Origin: Basidiobolus meristosporus CBS 931.73
Taxonomy: Eukaryota; Fungi; Basidiobolomycota
Direction: 5' to 3'
NCBI GenBank assembly: GCA_002104905.1
Contig: MCFE01000129.1
Location: 96,098-160,097 of the forward strand
Length of the DNA stretch: 64,000 nucleotides
A model generated the notes under the pieces. The model was not told the DNA's origin. It did not search any database and saw only the letters and a program-made list of their open reading frames with translations. Within the stretch, counting starts at the first letter, position 1; each line of letters begins with the position of its first letter. This document shows, piece by piece, positions 27,188-40,400 of the stretch. Made by a program: the position numbers and the translations under genes.

Positions 27188-28292
27188 ATGAAGATATCCG
27201 CCCCTAACCTCTCGCTATTCTTAGCTTTTACTACTACAGCTGTGGCATTTAGTTGCGCAAAGTTATCACAGCCCTCAGGAAGGTGCCAGGATATAGTTAC
27301 ATATTATACGAATGTTACCGATGTAGCTGCCGCGGACGAGCAAGTAAAAGGTATGTTTCCAGTAGATCATCGTTTCCAACTCCATTCATTAATATGTTCT
27401 GTGCAGTTCTACTAGACAAAATCAGTAGAGAGGGTGTAGAAGGGGCAGGCGCAGATTGTTTCCTGGCTCTACACAGGGCTGCTTGCTACACCACTTTCAG
27501 AAAGTGTGACCCAGACACCAACACAATCTTACCCGTGTGTATGACAATCAGGAATAACGCCTTAAATACCTGCGAAACTTCCGGCTCCTTCACAGATTCC
27601 AACATTATCGAGGAAAATTTTGAGCCTTCCCTATTTCAACAATTTGCTGGCAAGTGCTACCCCGACTATAGTGACGAAGCGCCCATTGTTGAAGGGAAAA
27701 TTACCGATCTACCAATTGGCCATGAACTCGATAATATCCAACCCAATCCATCAGATAATCAGTCTTCTGGTGACGGCAACACTCGTCCAAACCCTTCGGA
27801 AACCCAAAGCGACCACACGGATCCCTCTAAGCCTAGTTTTCCAGGAGAAGGCGTAACTGACGCAGATGCTAATGGAACAAACAGCCAGAGTCGGCCTGTT
27901 GGTGTAGAGAATGCACGCGGGCCGGCTCAAGATTTGGCTTATTCATTTTCATCCTCTATTCTAGCAACATTTGTTGCGCTGTGTGGAGTTGGGGTGATAT
28001 GTAGTATTCCTGCCGGACTGATATACTGGAGAAGGAGAAACGGGCATTCAAGTGGTGGATTCTGGGACCTCAATTCAGAATACAAGCGAATTAACGTAGA
28101 CAATGCCTCTTTGGATTCTCGTTTGGAGGCTAATAACGAACCAACAGAGCCCCATGTGGAGATGGAGCACTTTTTCATCGAGGTAAATAGCGCACGCATA
28201 CAAATGACCTGTCAAGCACTAATACTGAGCAAATATTGACATCATAGGATGAAGAGTTTGGCGAGTTTAGTGGTGAACAGGATGTCGAATAA
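27188..28292 (+). CDS. Single-pass membrane protein with a Frizzled/Mid1-like cysteine-rich domain, 3 exons
   Basis: Signal peptide; introns inferred at 27351-27406 and 28183-28247. Cys pattern C..C...DCFLALHRAACYTTFRKC...PVC...C...C, then an S/P/T-rich stalk, a TM helix and YWRRR. Confidence 0.72.
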
Positions 28293-28885
28293 CCGACAAC
28301 TAGCACCTAACGAGGAACTCCTTATATTTTACTTGTTGCTTCATCTTTATGTTAATATTACATCCTGGCTCCAAGGCCAACATATTTTTGTTCATATATA
28401 TAAATCGGAATCAACGGATAATGCAATATATACATAGCTAGTGTCCAGTCATCGAACTCTGATATTCCATTAGATACTTCGTGTGTCTGGGTGTAACCAA
28501 TACATGAGTATGTTGAGGACTACGGAATAGACAAACACCAGAGCCCACGCTAAGCACCCCTACTCTTACCACTTGGAGAATATACTCGAGTTTGGGTTTT
28601 GTGTCTTGCCATGAAACAGTCATGCATGTCGGATTATATAGAAGCATTCTGTTTGCAAGACATACCGATCATTGATCATCCATCCATACATCAAACAATC
28701 CTCCTAACAGAGTCCCATCTGAGAAAGTACTTTCGCACACGATAAATACGAACAAGAAGGCTCTTGGCTACTGGAAAAAACTAACCTCCCCCATACTTCT
28801 GTCCCAGCCACCACTTAACCCGGATTGCGCACAATCAATAAAACATCTGTAGATAACTTGCTATTCCCTTGGCCAAGCCGCACCT

Positions 28886-29416
28886 ATGTACAACACCAGA
28901 GATAAATCAGAGTTACTATTAGGATGCCCCCAACTCTACACAATTGTACAGGAGCTTCGGGTTGACCCAACTCGAACCAATCTTTACGAAACACTAGAGA
29001 CATGCTTGTTGGAGAGCCTACCCACGTTGGTTATCACCCAAGAAGGCCGTAAGAAGCATACCCTGGAGTATAACGGGATCTGGGCCAACTCGGAAGCGCT
29101 AAATTGGATAATGTTCGATGTAATCCCTGTTCATCAGGTCTACCTCTCCAACCGTAAATGCTTTCAGAGGCCGCATCTCTCTATAGTGCTGGGGGACATG
29201 AATGAGAAAAAAGTTCCACTAAATATTGACACCGACGGTGTGCACAATATTGAAGAGCAAGATAAGTGGAAACTGACCTATTATGTTGAGAAGGCAGGAG
29301 TTGACGAGAAATGGGTGATAATTCTAAGCTACATCTGCCACTTGGATTATTTAAATGAGCTTCCAGGGAAAATGAATTTGGTGTCTAGGCTGAAGGAGAA
29401 ATTAACCTGCCATTAG
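28886..29416 (+). CDS. Hypothetical protein (176 aa; may have upstream exons)
   Basis: ATG-initiated ORF with protein-like composition; no recognised motif. Confidence 0.5.
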   Translation: MYNTRDKSELLLGCPQLYTIVQELRVDPTRTNLYETLETCLLESLPTLVITQEGRKKHTLEYNGIWANSEALNWIMFDVIPVHQVYLSNRKCFQRPHLSIVLGDMNEKKVPLNIDTDGVHNIEEQDKWKLTYYVEKAGVDEKWVIILSYICHLDYLNELPGKMNLVSRLKEKLTCH

Positions 29417-29602
29417 GCTCAAAAGGTGATCTACGTTGTTTAAAGGACCTATTCACCTCAGCTATTGGCCTGCCCAAGTTGCAATATAAAATAACTTTCA
29501 CTTGGTCGCCTCAGATTTCGGTCTTGAGGCTTTTATTTAATTGTTCAATATGATGCTCCTCCCTGCTCTCCCAACATGTAAAAATAGTAATATGGGCCAT
29601 AG

Positions 29603-30284
29603 TTACTGGAAATGCAATAATGTGGTAAATAAAAGGATCCCCATAATATATGTTGGGTAGATGATTTCCCTTGGTGCCACTGAGTTTGGTTTGACAGAAG
29701 CTACGACCGAGGTGCTACCACCAACCTTCGTGGGCTGCTGAAGGGCAACGTTGGGAAGCCCCTCGGAAGAGGAGGCTTGTGCAGTGGCGCTAGATGCAGT
29801 CGATGGTGACCCCTTTCCATCACTCTTATTTGGAGAGGATTTAGTGCGAGTGGCTTTTCCTGAGTTTGTGGAGGCGCTGCTCTTGACATCGAAATAATGG
29901 CTATACTTTACATTACTATTCTCTCCTGCACGAATGGCGTACTGATTACCAGGAGTCAATTCGTTGGGCACACGCCAACTAAGGGACCCGCTCTTGGTGT
30001 CTACCCCTGACTTGACGATTGTAACAACATTCATGGCTATAGCGGGGCCAACCATCAATGCTATATCAATTTTCTCTGGGTCAGGGCCAAGTCCTGGTAC
30101 AGTCGTCCTTTGTGAATGTCAGCTGAAAACTCTGCCTAGCAAAAATACAGAGAGATACGTACCAACTAATCAAAATTTGCTTTCCGGGCTCCCACACTGT
30201 CCCTTCTACAGGGCTGGTAATCGATATATCCCCTAGCACAAAAGACATCCACACACACAGAAATAAAAGACTTATGATATACAT
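29603..30284 (-). CDS. Ser/Thr-rich GPI-anchored cell-surface protein (Kre9/Knh1-like N-terminal domain), 2 exons
   Basis: Signal peptide, ITSPVEGTVWEPGKQILISW, intron 30108-30162, W.VP..L.PG.QYAIR...YSHYF, an S/T-rich stalk and a hydrophobic C-terminus. Confidence 0.85.
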
Positions 30285-32010
30285 TGTAAGTAGAACGAGC
30301 TTCGAAATGTAGCGCTTCGAGTACGAGATCAAAAATGAATTGTGCGACGGATGAATGTGTGTTTATTAGTCATTGGTATTTATATGTGCTGGAGAATTGC
30401 TTCCTTGGGTGTGGTCGCCTGCGATATCTCGAGAGTAACTGCTGTGTTGTTGTCTCGATAAAGATCTTACCAACACGCACACTCCTACATCATCTGCTGC
30501 CTCGCAATCGAGCTGTGTACATATGGGCGTGTGTGGAGCATTGGTGTAGTGAGATAGCATTGCCGATGGATATTCTAACATATGGAAGTCGCATATGCAC
30601 TACACGGGGTATCCATTAATTTGCGACACTCCAGACTAGTGGCTTGGTGGATTGCCATTCAAACAACCACCCTCTAATCTTACACTATACTTGACTACCA
30701 TCTAAGTCATAAACACTCTTACCCACATATTCGTGCATGGGAAACAAGAGAACCAACCAGATGGAACCAGATGCGACTCAGATGGAAAGTACATGTTATC
30801 TTAGGGTTGAAACCTTTCTCGCTATCGCGTTGGATATGGTTATCATGTCTGTTCAAGAAACCTGGTCATGGAGATATCTAGTAAACCTCAAGGCGGTGTG
30901 CATGCTTTACAATAAACATAAAATCAGGAGAGCTCCTTAAATTGTCTCTGCAGTAGTGCGGCTTCCTCGTCCTTGGAAAAATCTTGGAAATTGCTGGGCT
31001 ATGTAGGAACCTCGTAAATGGATATCAACCATCACACATTATATGACCATGCTATTAACCTCTTCTTTTATAGGATTGATGATCGCTATACTTCTGCAAT
31101 AGATATATTGGGCAACAAGTGACGTATAGAATAATTGCACGAATCTCACATCATGTAGGGCCTCCCGGCTAAGAAGGGATCACGGAGTGAGGAAAACTTG
31201 AGAATTATATCAATGCTATGGTCAAATCAGTTAGTTTCAAAAGAGTCAACCAAGTTTAGTATTGCACCAACTCCAGCGATCCATACACAACTGAGCTGGC
31301 CTACTGCAACATCCTACCCGCAAAATTAAGCAGAATCGAACTTCAAACCATGCCCCACCACATTAACATATCATCGGTATTTCTATCTAGCCCTATCGTA
31401 TACGTACAAGCAACCAAAGCAAGATAGCAAACCTACCTTTTGGATTTGATCACCGATAAAATCTTGATCAGTATTGATGATGCTTGACGAAGACAACGAC
31501 GACAATATCTCATATGAATCATTTATCTATGAAACACTAGCGTTGATAATCCTTTCCTCTGCTAAACGTGTTTAACAAAAGGCATTTTATGCAGGGTTAA
31601 ACACAACCTGCTTATCCTAGGGATCCATCACGGTAGATAAAATGCTAATATCTATCAGGTGTGAGCAAAACCCTTCCAATATAAGCCAATCATCCATCCA
31701 CTTGATCATATAATCTCTTAAAATGGGAGGTGGAGACATCCTTGGCCAAAACACAATGCGATCTAGCGTCGGGCACTATTGGGAGTGTTTCAGAATCGTC
31801 GTTTTTCAGCATTTTAATTGGCTGAGATTGACTGGCATATATACTTCAGGAAAATACTACGATAAATCTTTAGTGTACTATCGGTGACTATCTTCGAGTC
31901 ATGCTGCCTTATAAATATCCCAACAAAACCACCTCCCCACACACATATCCATTCGTAAAGATGACTTCCCCATTGAGTAAATATTAATACCAAGTAGCCT
32001 TACATTTCGT

Positions 32011-33462
32011 ATGGGATTTGCTAACGGCTTTTCCTTAGGACATCTTGAACAGCAACCCGAAAACCCATTCACTCGGCTGGTGAATTCCCAAAAGATTGCA
32101 GTGATTCCAACGTTTACCTTGGAAAGTGGCGTTGTTCTAACAGATGTTCCTGTTGGCTATAAAACGTGGGGAAATCTGAATGAGAAGAAGGATAACGTAA
32201 TGGTTATTTGTCATGCTTTGACTGGTTCTGCAGATGTTGCTGATTGGTATGAACAGAAGTAAACTACTCCTTCTAAGGACGCTAATAACATTCTTCTAGG
32301 TGGGGTCCGTTACTTGGCCCTGGTCTGGCATTTGACACCGACGCATTTTTCATAATATGTATGAATGTCTTAGGTTCTCCCTACGGAACTGCATCGCCTG
32401 TCACCAACAACTCAAAGCGCGGTAAACTCTGGGGTCCCGAGTTCCCAAAGGTTACCATCCGCGACACCGTGAATCTTCATAGAGAACTTCTTGCCGGACT
32501 TGGCATCAACCAAGTAGCTATCTGTATTGGTGGCTCACTTGGAGGAATGCAAGTCATGGAGTGGGCAATGTTTGGTGAAGAGTACGTGAGGTTCATTGTC
32601 CCTATTGCTACTTGCGGGAAACATTCTGCTTGGGGTATCAGCTGGGGTGAGGCCCAACGCCAATCTATCTACAGTGATCCAAACTTCGGTAAGCATCAAT
32701 TCCAACAAGGTATATTTTCGAGCTTAAACTAACAGATACATAGCCGATGGATACTACACCCAGGATAAGGCACCCAATAATGGATTGGCAGCCGCAAGAA
32801 TGTCCGCTCTCTTGACTTATCGCTCTAAAGGCTCGTTTGAAACAAGATTTGGCCGGAAAGTTATGCCCTCTAAGGGAGACCAAAGCAACAACGGCTTTGT
32901 CAAAAAGAATGAATCCCTCTCACCTGAAGACAAAGCGAGCGAAGGACTTGCAAGATCGCCACATCTCTTCTCCGCACAAAACTATCTTCGCTACCAGGGA
33001 GACAAATTTATCAAACGATTCGATGCCAACTGTTATATTGCCATTACAAAAATGATGGACACTCATGATATCTCAAGGGGCGAAGGAGATTACATCACTA
33101 CACTCCAAGGAATTACTCAGCCAGCACTTGTGATTGGTAAGCGGCCTTATAGCATAATTTTAATTTGATAATACTAATGACTGTGGTTAGGTATTGAGTC
33201 TGATGGCCTATTTACTATCGACGAGCAATATATTCTTGCCGAACATATGCCTAACTCTCACATGATCGTTGTGGATTCGCCAGACGGTCATGATGGGTTT
33301 TTACTGGAGTTTGAGCAGTTAAATGAGCACATTCTAAAATTCATCAGTGAGTATCTTCCGGAGTATCTTCACGAAGCCAACCGTAATGGCCCTCGCAACG
33401 TAGAACTGAAGTCAGGTGGTAACAGCCTCTTTGGTGAGGCGGAGGACATGATGACATGGTAA
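32011..33462 (+). CDS. MET2: Homoserine O-acetyltransferase, 4 exons
   Basis: QPENPF, FTLESG, CHALTGSADVADWWGPLLG, nucleophile GGSLGGMQ, RFDANCY and GHDGFLLE motifs. Introns at 32247-32299, 32689-32743 and 33137-33190. Confidence 0.95.
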
Positions 33463-34267
33463 ATAATTGTATTTCTACATCCTCTATTGGCGTTTTTCCA
33501 AATACACGGACAATTTTTTATTGTACTATCTCTACCTCATGGACAATCTCTTTACTTTATGATGGACATTTTTCGTAGCATAAGGGTCAAGTTTTCAGTG
33601 AAGCAACGTATATTTTTCTTTTCACCACTCAGTCTTTGGCGCTTCTTTAATTAATCAGAACTTCGGATCCTATTCTTGGTCTTCGGAAGCCAATAAATAA
33701 TCAGAGCAATCCCCCAACCACAACCATGTAATCTTATTCGCCTCAGTATTGTACTTCGATGTTGTCACCTGTCTGTGGCTCTATTTGTAACATTACATAT
33801 ACCATGAGTCGTGATCAGATAGAAGTGTACAATTGGGCAATCAGCAGTGATGGAACTGCCCAACTATTTTGAAAATAAGTTGTGAGGCTCTAGATTCTAG
33901 ACATGTGCCATAACCAGCAAACTCGTGTTCATGAAGGCATTGTCTTAAAAAGGCACTCTGCATGCTTGTTACGACCGCAATCCCGCTTCAGTACTCCAAT
34001 TAATTTTGATCAGATTGCCACTTAGCCGGTCCAATTCCAATCCGATCAATGATCAATTCAGCTCAACCTGAACCTTTGAAAGCCCGGGTGGCACAGATAC
34101 CTATTAGGAGGGTTTCGAATCGCATTCAACCGGCCAGTCTGATCAGGTGACAGTTCAAACAATACCATGAGTGCGTGAAGGTGTAACATTGAATGTCACC
34201 TAATGTTATCTCCAATCCAACAAAGCAGAGACCACTGGTTCAACGGACATTGGTTTAACCTAATCTC

Positions 34268-34555
34268 ATGTGCTCGATTGAAGAAGGAAATGCCAGGTGC
34301 AACTCCATTGTTACGAAGGGGTTTCTGTGTAACCTCCAGCTGAAACATCTTGTCTATGTTGCAAGAGGGGTTCCACCAGACCCACTTAAGCAGGCGATCA
34401 AAGCCCAAGTGCCCTATGGAGAGCGTCAGACCCGAGGGTGTGCAGTGATGCACAATGGCGTTAGGTTTTCATTGCCCAACTTTGCTCCAAGGGGCCCAAC
34501 AGGAGAAACAATAGAAAGCCACGTATTGATAAAAGAGTGTGGTTGCTACAACTAG
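34268..34555 (+). CDS. Small Cys-containing ORF ending KECGCYN (uncertain; possibly a last exon or pseudogene)
   Basis: 95-aa ORF with 6 Cys and a C-terminal CxC; no signal peptide found. Confidence 0.3.
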   Translation: MCSIEEGNARCNSIVTKGFLCNLQLKHLVYVARGVPPDPLKQAIKAQVPYGERQTRGCAVMHNGVRFSLPNFAPRGPTGETIESHVLIKECGCYN

Positions 34556-35207
34556 GAAATGACCTGTGCATTCGAACATTCCATCCATACTCACCAACTA
34601 AACCTAATATGTATCAGTGGGAGTACACGAGTCTTGTGCTCCACACAATTTTGAGTTAGCCAACGGGTGATGCGAGGCGTTCTTGGCGATCAGCTTCCTC
34701 CGTGACACCGTTCTTACACATGCCTCTGATTGTCATCATTCATTCCTTTCTGGATCAAATGTGCCCACAACGAAACGGCTTCCAGATTGTCCTTCACTAT
34801 TCCATAGGATCCCGGTGTGGCTGGAGAATCTTGGCCTCGTAGCAGGATATGCGACATAGAGAGGCGCACTGTAGTCATGACGACGCACGTTTGATGAGGA
34901 AATTTATTTTTGGGTAGCCACGGGTTTGAATATGGTTTGGAACAAATTAGTGGAAAATATGAAGTGAACGCATCGATAAATCTTCCTCTGGGGAGGAAAA
35001 CTGTACAATCTAGATTAGGTCGGTGGATATTAGGGGTTCGGCGATACTTGACGATTTAGAGAATGATTCATTAGGAGCGCGTGCTATCAAAAGTATGGAG
35101 GGAATTTTCAATAAGATAGAAAACTAGATCTTGAGGTAAGTGAGAAATTGAGGGTTGGGCGAGAGAAGCGAATGGTGTGATTGTTCGAAGTCACGGGCTT
35201 TTCTGCT

Positions 35208-37271
35208 TCAGACGATGCTGATTTGATGCTCTTCATGGCCCCGAGTATTCTCCTTCTCCAATGTATTCTGGCGATAGAGTTGTGGGATTTGATCAGCACA
35301 TTTTACAGCTTCGCTGACGGTTAAATGTACATAGCGATGCTCTCCTTCTGGGGGATCTTCGGGAGCGCGAGTAAAGCCTGCACCTTCAAGACGAGAGAAT
35401 ACTTCCGGTTGGAGGCCGACAAAATGAAGTTCGAATAGCGGATTTCCGGAGTATTCTATTAGCTGAGTCTTGAGGTCACGTAACGCTTGTATCCCTGAAG
35501 AGTCTATATGGTTTGTTCCGCTACATTCTAGAATAACCGACTTGAGGTACGGATAAGTGGCTTGCTGCTCCTTCTCCATCATCTTCTCCGGTACCTCGTG
35601 CCCATCCTCATCCAAGGGCTGGTTGGTTACCGGAAGTATTGTATGAAAGTTATTACGCATTCTTGAGATTCGAGCCTCCTGGTCATCCGACCACACCCGG
35701 TCGGCCCAGGAGGAGGGGAGCTCGGTGGAAGAGTCTGTGGCAATATAGACAGCGTTGAGGACCTTGCCCTTGAAATATTCGGCGTTCAGAAAACTGATGG
35801 ATTCCGATAGTCGGAAGATAATAACGCCGTCGGGTGGTGCAGAAGCACGGATTTTGGCATTGGCACGATCAGCATACACGCCGTCCATGCCTTCGACTGG
35901 GCCAATCATCTGCCAGTTAGGGCGGGCGATGCGGTGAAGACTGATGAGGAGGGTGAAGCCGACAGCCACCTCAATTCCAGTCTGAATATTCGTAAAAAGA
36001 GTGACAAAAAATGCCAACAGCGAGGCAATCATGTCAGTTGCCTGGATTTTCCACAACCTCCAGAATGTCTTGTAGCCCACAATAAGCGTGTAGATACTGG
36101 TCATGATGATCGCGGCCAGACTAGCCTTTGGCACATAATAAATCAAGGGTGGTAGAAAGTTGAGAGAGAAGATGACGATAACCCCAGTGATGATTCCGCT
36201 CAATGGGGTTTTGACACCTGACTGCGAGTTGACGGCAGTTCGGGAAAGAGCTCCTGGGCAGAGATACGAAGAAAAAAAGGAATTCGTTATGTTGCAGATA
36301 CCCAGACTGATCAGCTCCTGGCTGCCGTCCACTTTATAATGGTTTTGTCGGCCGTAGGTTCGAGCAGCAGCAAAATGCTCCAGTATGGCAACCAATCCCC
36401 CGATGATCGAGGGGCCGAGAACGTCGGAAAAGATAGACGAGCTAAGGTTAGGAAGGGTTGGTTTGGGGAGACCGGTGGGAATGGTGCCGACCAAGAGAAT
36501 TCGATCCTCGCCGAAAGCAACATGCATGATGTAAGCAGCAAGTGTGAAGATGATCACACAAACGGCATTGCGGCCAACACCGAGAACCTTGACCGCGGGG
36601 TGGATGTAGCCGAACCTATCTGCGATGTACTTCAGGGACATCAAGAAGGCGATGGATACAAACCCTACGATGGCGTCTTCGTATCTGGTCCTCCCGAGTG
36701 CGGAGAAGATCGATTTTAGCACAGTGTGGATCGGCCCTTGAACAACGACTCCTTTGATCCCCAGCAGTGAAGGTATTTGACTAACCAAAATGGTGATGGC
36801 AGCGCCTGAGGTGAAACCGAGTGTAACGGGCGAGGAGATTAAATCCATGATGATGCCCAATCGCAATATCCCCAAGATAAGACAGAAGCACCCGGACAGA
36901 AAGGCCATAGTGATGGCAGCAACAACTGGGTCCTGGCCTTTTTCTACGATGTCTTTCAGTGCCACACCAACATAGAGGGAAACAATTGCCGAGGGCCCTA
37001 TAGTGACATCTTTCGATGTGCCAAAAAGACAGTATAGCATCACGCCCAGGAACGACGAGTACAGCCCGTACTGAACTGGAAGAGTGGCAAGCGAGGCATA
37101 GGCCAGAGCTTGTGGGACCACCATGATGCCCACGGTTAGCCCTGCAATCACATCCCCAAGTAGCCACTTTCTGTTATATCTTGGAAGCCAGGAGATAATG
37201 GGCAGGAAGCGCTTGGCGAGGTGCTTAGCATCAATATTCTGCACTCTCTTTCGTACCTCGTGAGTGAACAT
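35208..37271 (-). CDS. SLC26/SulP sulfate permease with STAS domain, intronless, 687 aa
   Basis: GDVIAGLTVGIMVVPQALAYA, YGLYSSF, GFTSGAA, SQELISLG and SRTAVNSQSGVKTP motifs; STAS features (FLNAEYF, VILECSGTNHIDSSG). Confidence 0.95.
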   Translation of the reverse strand: MFTHEVRKRVQNIDAKHLAKRFLPIISWLPRYNRKWLLGDVIAGLTVGIMVVPQALAYASLATLPVQYGLYSSFLGVMLYCLFGTSKDVTIGPSAIVSLYVGVALKDIVEKGQDPVVAAITMAFLSGCFCLILGILRLGIIMDLISSPVTLGFTSGAAITILVSQIPSLLGIKGVVVQGPIHTVLKSIFSALGRTRYEDAIVGFVSIAFLMSLKYIADRFGYIHPAVKVLGVGRNAVCVIIFTLAAYIMHVAFGEDRILLVGTIPTGLPKPTLPNLSSSIFSDVLGPSIIGGLVAILEHFAAARTYGRQNHYKVDGSQELISLGICNITNSFFSSYLCPGALSRTAVNSQSGVKTPLSGIITGVIVIFSLNFLPPLIYYVPKASLAAIIMTSIYTLIVGYKTFWRLWKIQATDMIASLLAFFVTLFTNIQTGIEVAVGFTLLISLHRIARPNWQMIGPVEGMDGVYADRANAKIRASAPPDGVIIFRLSESISFLNAEYFKGKVLNAVYIATDSSTELPSSWADRVWSDDQEARISRMRNNFHTILPVTNQPLDEDGHEVPEKMMEKEQQATYPYLKSVILECSGTNHIDSSGIQALRDLKTQLIEYSGNPLFELHFVGLQPEVFSRLEGAGFTRAPEDPPEGEHRYVHLTVSEAVKCADQIPQLYRQNTLEKENTRGHEEHQISIV

Positions 37272-39881
37272 GTCTCTACTATCGACAAGAAAGATGGAGA
37301 AAGGTATAGAAGTGAAGGAAAGCCGTGCAAAAGCACCACCTGGAGGTAGTTAGAGTAAGAGAGTGAACGGGCGGGAAGTAGTTGAAAGCGAGTGGGCAGG
37401 CAAAGGGCGCCGAGATCTAATGGAGTTATCGAAGCAGTCAAATGGGCAGATGCAGAAGCCACCATTTTTATCGGCTTTATATATCAGGTGGTCGAGTCCG
37501 ATTCGCCCAAAATACTTTGTTTGGTGATATCTACCCTTCCATCCAGAGTACTTCTAGATATAGTAACTCATTTAAAAGTGTTACAAAACTTGGATGCACA
37601 TGATCTTAAACTTATGATCTGGAGTGGACGTGGCGATTGCGCTTCGACTTCTGATTGACTTCTCCCGGTGCTTGAAACATATGGCAACGGCACTTTCAGA
37701 GGTGCGCTACGGGCCCATCCGAGGTCCAGCCAGCAAATTACAAATGTAGGCCGTCGCTCAGATAGACCCTACATCGTGACCTGCCAAACCATTCCCAGGG
37801 CTGCCGTAAGGCCAGACACTAGCATCCCGTTCCCAACGCCAGTCGACTGTTAGTGACTTTGTGGCATGAACTTTGTCTCACTTCCTTCCTATTAGCATGA
37901 CGTAAAAGCGCGAGATTTCGGTCTCGCATAGATGGGCTTTTCCAAGCGGGATCTACCAAAGAGAGTGTCAAAACCATTCAAACATTAATCAACGTTCACA
38001 ACATTAATTAGTTGCAGCTGGATCCTTGTAGAACTCAGCAAGGCTTTTCATCAGGCCTATGCCCGGAATTGATCTAAGAATTGATCGGCTTGGGAAATTT
38101 CCATCACCAATATGGATGTAGGACATGAAATCATAAATTAATCGTAAATCATGAGTCTTCTGTGGTTAATGAAAAGCCAGTTGCGCAGGTTATTTGTGAC
38201 AAACCAAGAGAGCTGAGCGCCGCAGAGCTCATTAAAAATGCAAGGGTGAGGTGAGGAGTCGTTAATGAGTTCTGCTGTATCATGTGGAACTTGGTGTTAC
38301 CATCAGATTGTACAGATTATTTCTCCACCTGAAGAGTTTATTCTGCTGATTGCATTGTCGCACAGTAATTTTTTGCAAGGTAAGACTTTCCACGATATTG
38401 ACATCATTCCCTTGAGTATTTCAATATTTCAATGAGATGCCAGGTCGTGTTTTTCTTCCTTCAGGAATGTTACAGCGCTATGTTTAACGGAATCTCGGAA
38501 AATTTGGGCTCCCAGATAGGCGTGCATAGTGATTGCATCGCAAATAAACCTATTCCTTTGTACGAGAACATCCATTGCACAACTGCACGAGCACTTCATT
38601 TATCCAATGACACCCATATTCGCCCTCCACACCATACACAACTAAATACGTATTGTGGAGGGGCGCAAAGGCGATAGAGTGCCAAGGTTCGAAGTCTAAG
38701 TAACTATGCAGTTGAGAACATCTTATCTTTCATGCCATGAATATTTTATGCACCAGCTCGTCTGGTAGAGGCATGAAGAGGTCATTGATTACACATCCAC
38801 AAACAATAAGCGATTTTACAAGTTAGTGAGCACATATGGGTTCATTCACCACGGGTGTTCTTTCGTTGAAATGTGGGATGCTGATGATTAATATGTACAT
38901 TTCCAGGAACTTGAGTTTGTAACGAGGAAACAATGCGCAAACAACCTACATACTGATTAGCGAGTGAAGGGTTTAATGATAGCACTTGCACCACCTAATT
39001 AATAGTAAAAATTTTGGATTTAATAATTCCTAATCGATGATCATATATAATATATACGAAATCAATATTACCTTTTGAAGTGAAAGAAGTTGAGAACTCT
39101 GAAGTTCGAATACTGAATTGCTGGCCAATAAGTCAACAAGGGTATTGTTCACTTTGGAATTGCCCTCCGAATAACACCGGGCTGAGATTTAGAAGATTGA
39201 TCATGGAATTGTGATAAGGTAGGCCTGAGTACACTGTTGTTTGAACAGGTGTTGAGTTTTGGGCGGCTTTCGAATTCTCTTTTCAGTGTTTACACCATAA
39301 TTATTCATGTGTATGTTTTGAGTAGTTCTCTAGAATCTCCCAGCTATGGTAAGAAGGTGAGTTACCGATGGTATATGCCAATTTCCAGGATACTATCCAT
39401 TTTCCTGGCTTCTCACGTAATAATCTTTGAAGCCTCAATTGTCAGCAGATAGATTGAAGCGAGAGGGGATTTTTATCGGTTACCCACATGAGGTCTTTCA
39501 TGCAGCCATTTTAATAGCTTGAGCGATGTACCGACCTTTCTCAACAGAATGTCTTCAGATGGATCTCTGGATTCATTCCAATATCAAAGGATATTGGATA
39601 CATATAGCCTACCCTTGCATGCAGGAGAATACAGAATGGGAATAATGCCCAAATGCCAACATGGAGAGGTGTATCAAGAATGCATGGATCGTAGGTTGTA
39701 AGGGGAGGATAGTAATTACAAAATGCCAGGTGGAGCAGCGAGAGCCTAGGATGACTGAGGTTAAAATCCATTGGCCGTTTACCTAAATTAGGAATCAACG
39801 CTGAAGAAGTTTTGTGTATCATGCAGTTACATTCGTTGGAAGTGTCCGCTGTTGGCTTGAGCTATTTGATACCCATTCGTC

Positions 39882-40400
39882 TCAGCACTCAGAATCAAGA
39901 GTGAAATGAAGCTCCAACTGTTTTGAATCACGATTAGCGACGGTAAATACATTGAATGCAACAGTGTCACCGATCTGAAAGCTCTTCTTCAATATCGTCT
40001 GGTCCGTGCCATGGTTGCCAGGGCTCACGGACGAGCGAAGGAAAGAAGGCGGAGAGAATCGAAGTATTAGACGTTCCAATTTGAAAATGGGTGATGTGTA
40101 GAATGCCCGGGCGTAGTGAACTAACAGCGAGTCAGGATCCAGTCCTTTGGTTATTGACAGCCGTGAGGCAGGCATTCGGAGCTGGAATGTATCCCGATAG
40201 TATTGTGGATGGTTTTGAGGGGCAGAGTCAGGTGCTTGGAAACGCTTGGACGTGTTTATTAGGCTCCAGTTGGGCCCACTTGCTAGGGAGTGGATTCTAC
40301 CTAGTGCTCTACCATAGAAGTACGCAATCGCAGATAGGGTACCGACGGACGCTGTGGATACAGTAAACAAAGGAGTTAAGAGTAGTCGTGAGTATGCCAT
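39882..40400 (-). CDS. Hypothetical protein (172 aa; the 3' end may be spliced)
   Basis: ATG ORF with an N-terminal hydrophobic segment and YARAFYTSPIFKLER; no confident family assignment. Confidence 0.55.
   Translation of the reverse strand: MAYSRLLLTPLFTVSTASVGTLSAIAYFYGRALGRIHSLASGPNWSLINTSKRFQAPDSAPQNHPQYYRDTFQLRMPASRLSITKGLDPDSLLVHYARAFYTSPIFKLERLILRFSPPSFLRSSVSPGNHGTDQTILKKSFQIGDTVAFNVFTVANRDSKQLELHFTLDSEC

Noticed and set aside
35755-37167. Plus-strand ORFs overlapping the sulfate permease, and similar antisense ORFs over kin1 and the LINE ORF2s
   Set aside because: Shadow frames of well-supported genes on the opposite strand.
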